Source of the DNA: an uncultured Planctomycetales bacterium
GTDB lineage: Bacteria; 4484-113
DNA length: 64,000 bases
Assembly (NCBI GenBank): GCA_964554185.1
Contig: CAZKNJ010000009.1
Span: 5 to 64,004 of the forward strand
Direction of reading: 5' to 3'
Part shown: piece after piece, positions 46,333 to 55,394 of the stretch
Layout of the letters: the number at the start of each line of letters is the position of its first letter
Position numbering within the stretch: position 1 is the stretch's first letter
The notes under the pieces: generated by a model
The model's input: the letters and a program-made list of their open reading frames with translations, nothing else
Told to the model about the DNA's origin: nothing
Database searches by the model: none
Position numbers and translations under genes: made by a program

Positions 46333-49038
46333 TTACCGCAAGTAATCAAACAACGAGGGCGGAAGCAGCTGCGCACCCACGCCCAGCGACGCGTTCAATA
46401 CATTCTCCAGCGTCTTGAGCTCGGTGATGATGCGTGCCATGTCCACATCGTCGTTGCTGGATTTCAGCTCGGTGAGATTCTGGATAATCCCTTCGTTCTG
46501 GGTTTGTGTTCTCTCCAGCCGGTTGGTACGCGAGCCCACCTGCGCCTGGGCGGAGAGGATGGTCTCTATGCCGGTGTCCAGGTTCGTTAGCCGGTCGTCC
46601 AGGTTGATAAACCGCTCGTCCTCACCGAGGCTCAGGCTGCGCATCTCCCCCTGCGGCACCAGATTGCCGGACACGCCGGCAAAGGCGCTATTAAACGCGT
46701 CCACCGGGTTTCCCGCAGGGTCTTCCGCCATCACCGAGATGCCCGTCACGGTCGCGGTGGTTGTGTTGGAGATATAGAAAGAGCCGTCAGCGCCCAGCCG
46801 AGCCTCAATGCCCGCACCGAGCCTGCGCTCCAGCTCATCGGCGAGCTCTTCGCAGGTGGTGAACCGGCGCACTATGAAATCGCTGCTGACACCCGCGGCG
46901 GTGATGGTTATCTTGCTGCCCGGAAACAGACCCAGCGGTTTGCCAGAAGCATCAAGCATATCAACCAGCTTGCTGTCGCGATCCGCATAGCCCAGCAGCG
47001 CGTCGCGGATGCGTATCATCGTGTCCACGATGTTGTCGGGCAGCTCAATCTTCCCCTGGCCGTCGGCGCTGCCCGCGCCGGGCACCGTGGATCCGCCAAG
47101 CCCCAGCCCCGCGAGCGTTCCCACCGCCACATCCGCTACTACCAGGTCATCAGCCTGAACCCGGCTGCCGGTCGCGACGGTTTCCAAGATGATGTTGCCG
47201 AAGCCGTCGTCCCGGGCCTGCACCGTGCCGCGCAGCACGTTGTTCAGGTTAATCTGGTTGTTCAGCTCATTGGTGATGGAGTTGATGGTGGCGTAGGCAC
47301 CGGGGGTGAGCGTTATCGTCTGCGGTGGGGGGTTGGTTCCATCAAGGCTGGCGCCCGCCCCCAGGTCAATGGTGAACTGGTCGTTGACGCCCGCAGTGAT
47401 AATGACGCCTGGCGGGAAGCTGACGGTGCCCTGGATGTAAGCCGGCCTGGGCGTGTCCGAGAGCCCCAGTGACGCCAGAGTCCCCGCGGCAGCGTCGGAT
47501 ATCGCCAGATCAGAACCGAGTACGTCAATGCCCTTCTTGTAGGTCTCCAGGCGCAGGCGTCCACCGTCATTGCGGGCGCGAATGAGTCCAGTAAGCTCCG
47601 GGCTGCGATCTATCTGCTCGTTGATGCTCTGCACCAGGCCGTCGATGTTGACCGCAACGGTTGCGTCTATGTTGATCTCAACCGCAGCGGGATCATAGGC
47701 CTTGTCGCCGCGCCAGACGCTCGGTCCCAGGTCAATGACGAAACGGTCATTGCCGTCAGTGCCGGCGAAGTCCGCGAGATCCGGCCCTCCCGCCGCCGTC
47801 AGGCCCAGCACCACCGACGCCGTGTCTGTCTCGCCCAGGTCGCTCATGCCGCCAAGCTGGAAGTCGGCGGTGGAAACCGTGCTGTTTTGTACGAAAGTCT
47901 CCAGCTGCAGGAAGCCGCCGCCATCGGTGACCATGACCTTGTCCTCTCCGAAGGCGCCATCGATGCGCGCCTGCAGCTCCGCGGCAATCTCGGCCACTGA
48001 GTTGTAGGCCTGGTGGGTGAGCTTGATTGCCTTGCTCTCGTTAGCCCCCTGGTTGGCGTTTGGCCCCAGGCGCACTACCAGCGTGTCGTTGGTGGCGTTG
48101 ACTGTAAGCGGGGTGCCCAGCGCGCCTCCAATGTGGATAGCGCCGGTGGAATCAATCAGCGGCAGCGCGGGCGCGGTGCGCGCGAGGTTGAACGCGCCCT
48201 GCGGCAGAATCCCCATGTCTTCCAGGACGGTGCCGGACTGGTCGGAAACCTCAATCGGCTCGCTGGAATTCAGCGACTCCAGTTTCAGCACGAAGTTGCG
48301 GTCAATGCGGGCGTAAATCTCGGCAGCTGGATCAGCGTTTATCTTGTCTCTGACGGTAGTCAGCGTGTCGTTCGCGTCAATCAAGAAGCTGCGGCCGTTA
48401 ATGATGATGGTGCCGGCAAAGCCCAGCGGCCCGCCACCAAGCTGCTTGCTGGTAAGAGTGTAGGTCTTCTCCAGGTAGACGTCCTTGCCGTTCAGGTTCA
48501 CATACAGGTCCTGACCGACCTGGATGTTACGGTCGATCTGCCCGGTGTCTCCGCGGAAGGTCACAGAGGACATGTGGGACGAGCCGGTCTCGTAGTTGAA
48601 ATCGAAGGTCTTGGTCAGTGTCTCCCAGCCGGAGAAGATGTAGTTTCCGCGGAAATTGGAGTTGCCCAGCGCAGTGACGCTCTCCAGCAGCTGATTGATT
48701 TCCAGGGCGAGGGCGCCCCGATCATCGCGCGTGAGATAAGTACTGGCGCCTTGAACCGTCAGCTCGCGCACGCGCTGAATCTGCTGGTTGGTGTCCGACA
48801 ACGCGGTCTCGGTGAAGGACAGGCGCGATGTGCCGTCTTCTATGTTGCGGTTGTACTGGTTGAGAAACGCCAGGACGCTGTCAAGGTTCATACTGGTGGC
48901 CACCGCCGCCGGCGCGTCCTGCGGCCGGCTGAACTTCTTCCCGGTGGCGGTCTGATGCTGAAGCTCGGCCAGCCGCTGCTGCACCAAGCTCAGGTCACGC
49001 AGGAAGTTCTCCATCAGCAAACCACTGGTTACTCGCAT
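46333..49038 (-). CDS. flgL: flagellar hook-associated protein 3 (FlgL), giant 901-aa form with internal flagellin-IN-like repeats
   Basis: Flagellin-type N-terminal helices (MRVTSGLLMENFLRDL...SRPQDAP...). Flagellin-type C-terminal helices (...ILSAQAQVGSRTNRLERTQ...LPPSLFDYLR). About 5 internal about 60-70-aa repeats sharing IN....I.A.I...F.L.LET...G.V......G.L..LGL. Confidence 0.8.
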   Translation of the reverse strand: MRVTSGLLMENFLRDLSLVQQRLAELQHQTATGKKFSRPQDAPAAVATSMNLDSVLAFLNQYNRNIEDGTSRLSFTETALSDTNQQIQRVRELTVQGASTYLTRDDRGALALEINQLLESVTALGNSNFRGNYIFSGWETLTKTFDFNYETGSSHMSSVTFRGDTGQIDRNIQVGQDLYVNLNGKDVYLEKTYTLTSKQLGGGPLGFAGTIIINGRSFLIDANDTLTTVRDKINADPAAEIYARIDRNFVLKLESLNSSEPIEVSDQSGTVLEDMGILPQGAFNLARTAPALPLIDSTGAIHIGGALGTPLTVNATNDTLVVRLGPNANQGANESKAIKLTHQAYNSVAEIAAELQARIDGAFGEDKVMVTDGGGFLQLETFVQNSTVSTADFQLGGMSDLGETDTASVVLGLTAAGGPDLADFAGTDGNDRFVIDLGPSVWRGDKAYDPAAVEINIDATVAVNIDGLVQSINEQIDRSPELTGLIRARNDGGRLRLETYKKGIDVLGSDLAISDAAAGTLASLGLSDTPRPAYIQGTVSFPPGVIITAGVNDQFTIDLGAGASLDGTNPPPQTITLTPGAYATINSITNELNNQINLNNVLRGTVQARDDGFGNIILETVATGSRVQADDLVVADVAVGTLAGLGLGGSTVPGAGSADGQGKIELPDNIVDTMIRIRDALLGYADRDSKLVDMLDASGKPLGLFPGSKITITAAGVSSDFIVRRFTTCEELADELERRLGAGIEARLGADGSFYISNTTTATVTGISVMAEDPAGNPVDAFNSAFAGVSGNLVPQGEMRSLSLGEDERFINLDDRLTNLDTGIETILSAQAQVGSRTNRLERTQTQNEGIIQNLTELKSSNDDVDMARIITELKTLENVLNASLGVGAQLLPPSLFDYLR

Positions 49039-49041
49039 CTC

Positions 49042-50847
49042 TTATCCTCCGGCCGCTCCCACGAGATTGACAATCACGTCAAGGATGTCGTCTATCGTCG
49101 TTATGGCACGGGCGGACGCCGTAAAAGCCTTCTGGTAACGGATCAGGTTCACTGCTTCTTCGTCCAGCGACACACCGGACACGGATTCCCGCCGTGCCTT
49201 GACCTCGTCCAGCACCTGCTGCTGCGCCTGCCGACTGCTCACCATCACCGCGCCGTCCGCCCCCAGGATGGAAATCAGCCCCTGGTAGTACTCGCTGAAA
49301 GTGGCCTTGAGGAAGCCGTCCTTCTCATTCTTCAAGTCAGCGATGGCAAGCGCGGTGCGGTTATCCCCGGGCCCACCCATCTGACCAGAGCCATCGTCCG
49401 CGGCGGCGGCGATGGCTTGCAGGCTGGAGAGGATGCTGGGAGACAGGCCGAACGCCTTCAACGAGCCACCGTACTCGGCAGAGCCCAGGAGCTGCTGCTG
49501 CTGATCAGGATCCAAGCCGGCGAGCTCAAAGAAGTTGCAGGTTCCGTCCTTGATATTGATGCGCTCATCGGCGCTGACCGGGTTCATCTTCTCCACCACT
49601 ATGCGGGGGAATCCCAGCGTAGTGTCGAGCGAAAAGCGCAGATCGGGAGTGGCCGAGTTCATCCGATCAAGCAGCTCGCCCAACGTCAGCGCAGTACCGG
49701 GCCGCACTTCCTCCGGCGAGACCTCCACCCGCACGCCTTCAAGGAAGAAATCACCGTAAACTACACCCAACTCGTCCAGCGTGGTATCCAGCGTCGTGCC
49801 TGACGCCAGCGGCTTCAGTCCATCCAGCTTCCATGTCCCGAAATCGTTGAAGAACGGGCGATTGCTGTTGCCGTCAAGACCGAAGCCCTCCAAGTGCATC
49901 ATGTTGATCCGGTTCGCGAGGGTCGTTACCAAAGTACCGAACTCGTCGCGGAAAGCCGGGATGTACTGGTCACGCAAGTTGACCAGGCCGAGCAACTCGC
50001 CATCGGTCAGCGGCGCCGCCACCTTGGACTTGGTGAAGCGCAGCATCGGCCGCTCGGTTTCGGTTTCACTCATCCCCAGCTCCAGCTGGTCGAAGAAGCC
50101 GTCCTGGACAATCGGGTGTCCCATCAGGTAGACGGATACGCCGCCGTCCGGAGTATCTTCCGTGCGCACGTTGATCATCTTGGACATCTCGCGCACGAGC
50201 TGGTCGCGGGAATCCTTCAGGTCGTTAGCGTTCTGGTTGCCCCCGCCGGTTTCAATCTGGATTATCTGCTCGTTCAGGCTCGCGATTTCGCGGGCAAGGC
50301 TGTTGACCTCGGTAATCTTGGTCTCCAGCTGGTCGTTGATGTTCTTTACTTCCAGATCCAGCTTGCGGGCCGCTTCGTTCACGAAGCCGGTGAGCGAGCG
50401 GGTAACCTCCACCAGGTTGGTGCGCGCGGAGAGGCTCTCGGGCGAATTGGACATGTCCTCCCAGGCGTCAAAGAACTCGGACAGCAGCTGGTTGAACCCG
50501 TAGTCGCTGGGATCGGCGAAGATGTTCTCAATGCGCCGGAGCCCGTCATCTACAACCTCATAGCGCCCCAAGGTGCTGCCTTCTTTGAGCAACTGGGACT
50601 CGATGAACTCGTCGCGGATGCGGGTGATGCTCTTGATCTCTACGCCGGTTCCGATGGTGCCGGGCTTGAGAGTGACTCCGATACCGGGGAACGTCAGAGG
50701 GAAGCTGGCCTTCAGGTCGACCCGCTGGCGGGTGTAGCCCTCGGTGTTGGCGTTGGCGATGTTATGGGAAACAGTATCCAGCGCCCCACGGGCGGCTAGC
50801 ACGCCCTTCTTGGCTATTTCCAGACCCAGAAATGTCCCTCGTATCAT
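49042..50847 (-). CDS. flgK: flagellar hook-associated protein 1 (FlgK)
   Basis: N-terminus GLEIAKKGVLAARGALDTVSHNIANANTEGYTRQRV. C-terminal FlgK helices. Confidence 0.9.
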   Translation of the reverse strand: MIRGTFLGLEIAKKGVLAARGALDTVSHNIANANTEGYTRQRVDLKASFPLTFPGIGVTLKPGTIGTGVEIKSITRIRDEFIESQLLKEGSTLGRYEVVDDGLRRIENIFADPSDYGFNQLLSEFFDAWEDMSNSPESLSARTNLVEVTRSLTGFVNEAARKLDLEVKNINDQLETKITEVNSLAREIASLNEQIIQIETGGGNQNANDLKDSRDQLVREMSKMINVRTEDTPDGGVSVYLMGHPIVQDGFFDQLELGMSETETERPMLRFTKSKVAAPLTDGELLGLVNLRDQYIPAFRDEFGTLVTTLANRINMMHLEGFGLDGNSNRPFFNDFGTWKLDGLKPLASGTTLDTTLDELGVVYGDFFLEGVRVEVSPEEVRPGTALTLGELLDRMNSATPDLRFSLDTTLGFPRIVVEKMNPVSADERINIKDGTCNFFELAGLDPDQQQQLLGSAEYGGSLKAFGLSPSILSSLQAIAAAADDGSGQMGGPGDNRTALAIADLKNEKDGFLKATFSEYYQGLISILGADGAVMVSSRQAQQQVLDEVKARRESVSGVSLDEEAVNLIRYQKAFTASARAITTIDDILDVIVNLVGAAGG

Positions 50848-50857
50848 CCTTAGCTCC

Positions 50858-51367
50858 TCAGAAGCGGTGGTCTACCAGGTGTCTTTGGGCAGAGCCGACG
50901 GGGACGCCGCCGTAGCCCGACGATTCCTCAACGCCCAGCAGCAACCTGAAGACAGCATTGATGTAGGTGTTCAGGCTGTTGAGCAGAGCGTTGTTGGTGG
51001 TGGTCAGTTCGGCGGTCCGCGCCGTGGATTCCCGAAGTTGCCGCGCCAAGGAAGAGAACTCATCCGCCCGCGCCGCGCCAATGTGGTCCGCCGCAGCGGA
51101 CAAGAGAGGCTGAAGCCGCAACTCGCCGCCAACGCCGACTTCGCGGGAAAGCGCCGCAAGCTCGCCGCGCAAGTCCAGCTCGCATCGACGAAGGTCAAAG
51201 GCGAGCTTCTCCTGCTCGGGGGCAAGCTGCGCAAGCCGTTCATAATCGCAGCCGACGAGCGCCGTCACTCCGTCTTCAAGCGCCGCGTTCAGCCGCACGG
51301 AAAGGTCCAGACAGTTGGACAGCCCGGTTTTAACTCTCGATAAGGTCGTCAAACACGCCCTCCGCAA
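50858..51367 (-). CDS. flgN: FlgN-like flagellar export chaperone (start uncertain)
   Basis: Small helical protein immediately upstream of flgK. ORF begins at TTG 51367, overlapping the flgM stop. An alternative GTG start is at 51301. Confidence 0.55.
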   Translation of the reverse strand: MRRACLTTLSRVKTGLSNCLDLSVRLNAALEDGVTALVGCDYERLAQLAPEQEKLAFDLRRCELDLRGELAALSREVGVGGELRLQPLLSAAADHIGAARADEFSSLARQLRESTARTAELTTTNNALLNSLNTYINAVFRLLLGVEESSGYGGVPVGSAQRHLVDHRF

Positions 51368-51635
51368 TCATCTTCTCGGCCAAGGCACGCTCATCAACGG
51401 TGATTTCACCTTTTTCGTAGAGCGCCTTTAGCTCAGTGATGCGGGCGGATCGTTCTTTGGCAAAACTCTCCCTGAGGACGTGGTCGAAAGCCACCTGGCC
51501 GCGGTCGCTAATCTCGACCGTATCTCCAGCCTTCCTGGCCTTCCGTTCAAGTTCAACGGCTCCCTTCCCCTCCTTCAGATGCAGGCGGGCGAGGGACAAG
51601 ATCGCATTGATATCAGGAATCTTCATCGCCGTCAC
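51330..51635 (-). CDS. flgM: anti-sigma-28 factor FlgM
   Basis: 101 aa. C-terminal ...ITELKALYEKGEITVDERALAEKMI... matches the FlgM sigma-28-binding helices. Confidence 0.7.
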   Translation of the reverse strand: MTAMKIPDINAILSLARLHLKEGKGAVELERKARKAGDTVEISDRGQVAFDHVLRESFAKERSARITELKALYEKGEITVDERALAEKMIAEGVFDDLIES

Positions 51636-51709
51636 TTGACTCCAGAAATGGTATCACACCTCCCGTTCGTTGTGCGGCGCAGGCCGTGCGGGCCGCTCCG
51701 CCGTTAACT

Positions 51710-51738
51710 ATATCGGCAGGATGCAGTGGTGGCTTTAG
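51710..51738 (-). promoter_or_regulatory. sigma-28 (FliA)-type promoter upstream of flgM
   Basis: Minus strand reads cTAAAGccaccactgcatcctGCCGATATagt, compared with consensus TAAA-N15-GCCGATAA. It lies about 75 nt upstream of the flgM ATG. Confidence 0.55.
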
Positions 51739-51747
51739 CGTAGCGCG

Positions 51748-52173
51748 CTAGTGCGCGGTGTATTGGAGGAGCGCCAGGTCGAGCGGATTAAGCGCATCCG
51801 GTGTTCCGGCATCGTCAAGAGGCCTTGAATCCCCACTTCCCTGAAGCTGGGACAATAGCAGGTCTGACACTCCCAACGGTGAGCCGCTTTCGGTTAGCGC
51901 GTCGGCCAGCTGCTCGTAGTACATTTCTCGGTAGAAGCGCGATGCCATGCTGTCGCCAAAGAGGGAGGAGCGGTTCACCGTCTTGTCCATCTCCTTGAGC
52001 AGCATGTACAGAAAGAAGGATTCGAACTGGCGGGCTGCTTCTTCTGCTGTGGCCCGGCTGGGAGCGACCGGGGGATTGGTGGAAGCGGCCGGTTGAGCAG
52101 AGGAGGGCCCTGCGGGTACAGAGCCCTCCTGGGGTAAGGGTAACCGGGGTAGTTGTGAAATGGCCATTTCCAT
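51748..52173 (-). CDS. rod-binding (FlgJ N-terminal domain-like) protein
   Basis: AARQFESFFLYMLLKEM matches the Rod-binding family core (AAxQFEsxFlxxMLK). No glucosaminidase domain. Confidence 0.65.
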   Translation of the reverse strand: MEMAISQLPRLPLPQEGSVPAGPSSAQPAASTNPPVAPSRATAEEAARQFESFFLYMLLKEMDKTVNRSSLFGDSMASRFYREMYYEQLADALTESGSPLGVSDLLLSQLQGSGDSRPLDDAGTPDALNPLDLALLQYTAH

Positions 52174-53243
52174 CTACCTATAAGGGTTATCGGATTGGGC
52201 AGGCGATTCTTTATGATAAACTGCACGCCGTGCGCACCAGGCGCCCCTTCATCATCGACTCACACGAGGATATCGGCTGGCATCTCGCCAAGCACAACCG
52301 CCCCTTCTTTCAGCCCGTCCACGACGGGCAATCCATGGTGACATATGAGAAGCTGGTTGAGGGCCGCGTAGTGCTGTCCATCGCCACGCTTTTCGCCGAA
52401 CACGACGCGGGCAAGGACGTGAGGCGGGAGCGGTTGCACCGGCAGCTGGAGATGTATCGCAACTTGCCTCATGCAGGGTGCGGGAGTGTGCGTCAGGTGC
52501 TCAACCGCGCACAACTGAAAGACCTGATGGCTGCGTACGGGCGCGGAGAGGAGGCCTGGGGATTTGTGCTGATGCTGGAAGGCGCCGACCTACTGCAAAG
52601 CCCAGACGAGCTGGATGAGCTTTACGCCAGCGGGCTTCGGCTGCTATCGCTCACATGGAACGAGGACAACCAGTGGGCGGCGGGCGCCAAGCACCGCAAA
52701 GGCCTAAAACCGGCGGGGCGGGAGCTGCTGCGCAAGATGCGCGAGCTGGGAATGGTGCTTGATGTGTCGCATCTTAACCATCAGAGCTTTGCCGATGCGA
52801 TGGAGGCCTGGGAAGGCCCCGTGTGCGCCACCCACAGCAATCCAGCCGCGGTGTGCGCAGGATTCCGCAACCTGTTGGACGAGGAACTGGCGGAGCTTAG
52901 GCGGCGCGAGGCCGTGGTGGGCGTGCTGCTGTACAACATGTTCCTGGAAGACGGCTGGCGCGACGGACAGCGGCAAACGCCACTGAGCAAGGTGGGGGAA
53001 CACATCCTGTACTTGCTGGATAAGCTGGGTGAGGATAGCGTGGGCATCGGATCGGATCTCGACGGCGGCCTCACGCCGAAGAACACGCCGGAAGGTGTCA
53101 ACACCGTGGCGGACCTGCGCCTCATTGAGGAGGAACTGGCCCGCCGCGATGTTGCCGAAGATACTATACGAAAGGTAATGGGCGAGAACTGGTTCCGCTT
53201 TCTACAGTGGCACCTGCCTGCCGGCGCTAGCCCTCCACCTTGA
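52155..53243 (+). CDS. membrane dipeptidase (peptidase M19 family)
   Basis: IIDSHEDIGW, DVSHLNHQSF, ATHSNP and GIGSDLDGG parallel the M19 metal-binding blocks. Start uncertain (GTG at 52155 or GTG at 52230). Confidence 0.65.
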   Translation: MKWPFPSTYKGYRIGQAILYDKLHAVRTRRPFIIDSHEDIGWHLAKHNRPFFQPVHDGQSMVTYEKLVEGRVVLSIATLFAEHDAGKDVRRERLHRQLEMYRNLPHAGCGSVRQVLNRAQLKDLMAAYGRGEEAWGFVLMLEGADLLQSPDELDELYASGLRLLSLTWNEDNQWAAGAKHRKGLKPAGRELLRKMRELGMVLDVSHLNHQSFADAMEAWEGPVCATHSNPAAVCAGFRNLLDEELAELRRREAVVGVLLYNMFLEDGWRDGQRQTPLSKVGEHILYLLDKLGEDSVGIGSDLDGGLTPKNTPEGVNTVADLRLIEEELARRDVAEDTIRKVMGENWFRFLQWHLPAGASPPP

Positions 53244-54411
53244 GCAGAACCGAGTCGCCCTGCCCGGAGCCGGAACAGATCGCCGCTATCCCATAGCCGC
53301 CACCTCGCCGTCTCAGTTCGTAGGCCAAGGTCATGGTGACGCGCGCGCCACTCATTCCGATAGGGTGGCCGAAGGCGATGGCGCCACCGTTGACGTTGAC
53401 CTTATTCACGTCCCAATTGAGCTCGGCGCCGCATGCCAGTGCGACCGCTGCAAAGGCTTCGTTGAACTCCATAAGATCAATCTGGTCGAGGGTCATTCCG
53501 ACCTTGTCGAGCAGCTTCTTGGTGGACATCGCCGGGGCGATGGGAAACTCCGACGGCTTCATCGCCACGTAGGCGTAGTCCACAATCGTGGCCAGCGGCT
53601 TGACCCCCAGCTTGTCGGCCCACTCGCGCGTGCACACGACCATAGCGCCGCCACCGTCGTTTACGCCGGGAGCGTTACCCGCCGTAATCGTTCCGTCTTT
53701 GGCGAACACGGGAGGCAGCTTCGCCAGGCTCTCTACCGTAGTACCGAAGCGCGGGAACTCGTCCTGCGCAAACATAACCGGGTCTCCCTTGCGCTGCGGA
53801 ACCGGGAAGGGCGTAATCTCCTCCGCCAGCCGTCCTTCGGTGATAGCCGCTTCCGCCAGGTTCTGGCTGCGGCAGGCGTACTCGTCCTGTTGCTGGCGCG
53901 TAAGGTTGTACTTACTGGCGATAGTGTTGCCGTGAATGGCCATGTGCACGTTGTCAAACGCGCACCACAGGCCGTCGGCCACCATCAGGTCTACGAGCTT
54001 GTCGTCGCCCATTTTCATGCCCCAGCGCGTGTTGTAGGACGCGTAGGGCACGCGGCTCATCGACTCAATGCCGCCGGCGATGATCAGATCCGCTTCGCCG
54101 GCCCTGATCATGGTCGCCGCTAGCGTTGCCGCCCGCATACCCGAGGCGCAGACCTTGTTGATGGTCATTGAGGGCACTTCCGCCGGGATGCCGGCCTTGA
54201 TGGCGCACTGGCGCGAGGGGATCTGGCCGGCGCCCGCCTGCACCACCATCCCCATTAGCACATTGTCAATCCCGCCAGGGGGAATCTTGTTGCGCTCAAC
54301 CAGGGTCTTGATGCAGTGCGCGCCTAGGTTCACAGCGGGAATGTCTTTGAGTGTTCCGCCGTACTTACCGATTGGTGTTCGAGTCGCGTCGAGAATCACG
54401 ACATCGGACAT
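53227..54411 (-). CDS. acetyl-CoA C-acetyltransferase (thiolase II)
   Basis: MSDVVILDATRTPIGKYGG. Active-site Cys context VNKVCASGMRA. C-terminal GHPIGMSGAR and AICSGSGQG. Extended -10 TGaTAGAAT at 54440..54448 and a GGGAGG RBS. Confidence 0.9.
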   Translation of the reverse strand: MSDVVILDATRTPIGKYGGTLKDIPAVNLGAHCIKTLVERNKIPPGGIDNVLMGMVVQAGAGQIPSRQCAIKAGIPAEVPSMTINKVCASGMRAATLAATMIRAGEADLIIAGGIESMSRVPYASYNTRWGMKMGDDKLVDLMVADGLWCAFDNVHMAIHGNTIASKYNLTRQQQDEYACRSQNLAEAAITEGRLAEEITPFPVPQRKGDPVMFAQDEFPRFGTTVESLAKLPPVFAKDGTITAGNAPGVNDGGGAMVVCTREWADKLGVKPLATIVDYAYVAMKPSEFPIAPAMSTKKLLDKVGMTLDQIDLMEFNEAFAAVALACGAELNWDVNKVNVNGGAIAFGHPIGMSGARVTMTLAYELRRRGGGYGIAAICSGSGQGDSVLLKVEG

Positions 54412-54455
54412 GGGTTTCCACCTCCCAGAGAGTTTTGAGTATTCTATCACAAGCT

Positions 54456-55331
54456 TCATGCGCGGAAGCGCACTAATACCCGGCAATACTCCCCTGCTGC
54501 GGCGAAGTCACCGCTGAGCAGCCGTTGAGGAATTCGCAATAGCAGGTAAAGCCGGAAAAGCGGCACGGGGCGCAGTGCATCCAGGTTGCGGCGCAGGAAG
54601 ACTGCCTGGTTGCGCAGCATGTTTCGGCGCTTGCCGCGGTCGCCAAGGACTTCGTCCATGGTTATGGAATGGCGGTGAAGGACGGTTGCAGCCGGGCAGA
54701 CCATTGTCTCGTAGCCGAGCTTGCGGGCGCGCACGCCCAGATCCACATCCTCCCAGTAAGCGCGTCCGAATTCCGGGCTGAAGCCGCCTAGCTCGCGGAA
54801 GAGCCGCGCGTGACAAACGAAGAACGCGCCGCAGAGCTGAACCTGGCTCGGCGCTTCCAGATGGGCTGCCGTGCTGGCTGGGTTTTCCAGCGGTATGCCC
54901 GGAACCGGCCGTAGCCAAGGTAGGCCGCGGGAAATCCACAGCTCCTGCACATTTTCCACCCGCCCCAGCCCCTCGGCAAACACGAGAGGCATTACAGCGA
55001 AAAGGTTCGGGCTCAAGCACTCCAGCAGCGGGGTGAACACATCGGTGTCAATCTCGACATCACTGTTAACAAACGCCAGGCACTCGCCCCGGGCCTGCTC
55101 CGCGCCGCGGTTGCAGTTGCCGCCAAAGCCGACGTTGGCCTCACCGCAGGCGAGCTTCACTTGCGGAAACTCCCGCTCCACCAGCGCGCAGCTGCCATCA
55201 GTAGAAACGTCGTCTGAGACGATTATCTCCCAGGCGTAAGGCGCAGACGCGAGGGCACGGAGGACCTGCGGGAGGAGCACGGCAAGGAGCTTCTCGCCGT
55301 TGTAGTTTGGAATAATGACCGAAAGCCGCAT
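54456..55331 (-). CDS. family 2 glycosyltransferase
   Basis: VIIPNYNGEKLL. The motifs VSDDVSTDGS and NSD. Confidence 0.8.
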   Translation of the reverse strand: MRLSVIIPNYNGEKLLAVLLPQVLRALASAPYAWEIIVSDDVSTDGSCALVEREFPQVKLACGEANVGFGGNCNRGAEQARGECLAFVNSDVEIDTDVFTPLLECLSPNLFAVMPLVFAEGLGRVENVQELWISRGLPWLRPVPGIPLENPASTAAHLEAPSQVQLCGAFFVCHARLFRELGGFSPEFGRAYWEDVDLGVRARKLGYETMVCPAATVLHRHSITMDEVLGDRGKRRNMLRNQAVFLRRNLDALRPVPLFRLYLLLRIPQRLLSGDFAAAGEYCRVLVRFRA

Positions 55332-55333
55332 AG

Positions 55334-55364
55334 AAAAAGCCCCGCAGCTCGCAAGCCGCGGGGC
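55334..55364 (-). terminator. intrinsic terminator hairpin abutting the GT2 start codon
   Basis: Minus strand reads AGCCCCGC-ggcttgcgagct-GCGGGGCTTTTTctATG. 8-bp GC stem, U5 tract, then ATG with no SD. Confidence 0.55.
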
Positions 55365-55394
55365 TGATTCTAGCAGGTATAGCCTGAACCGACC

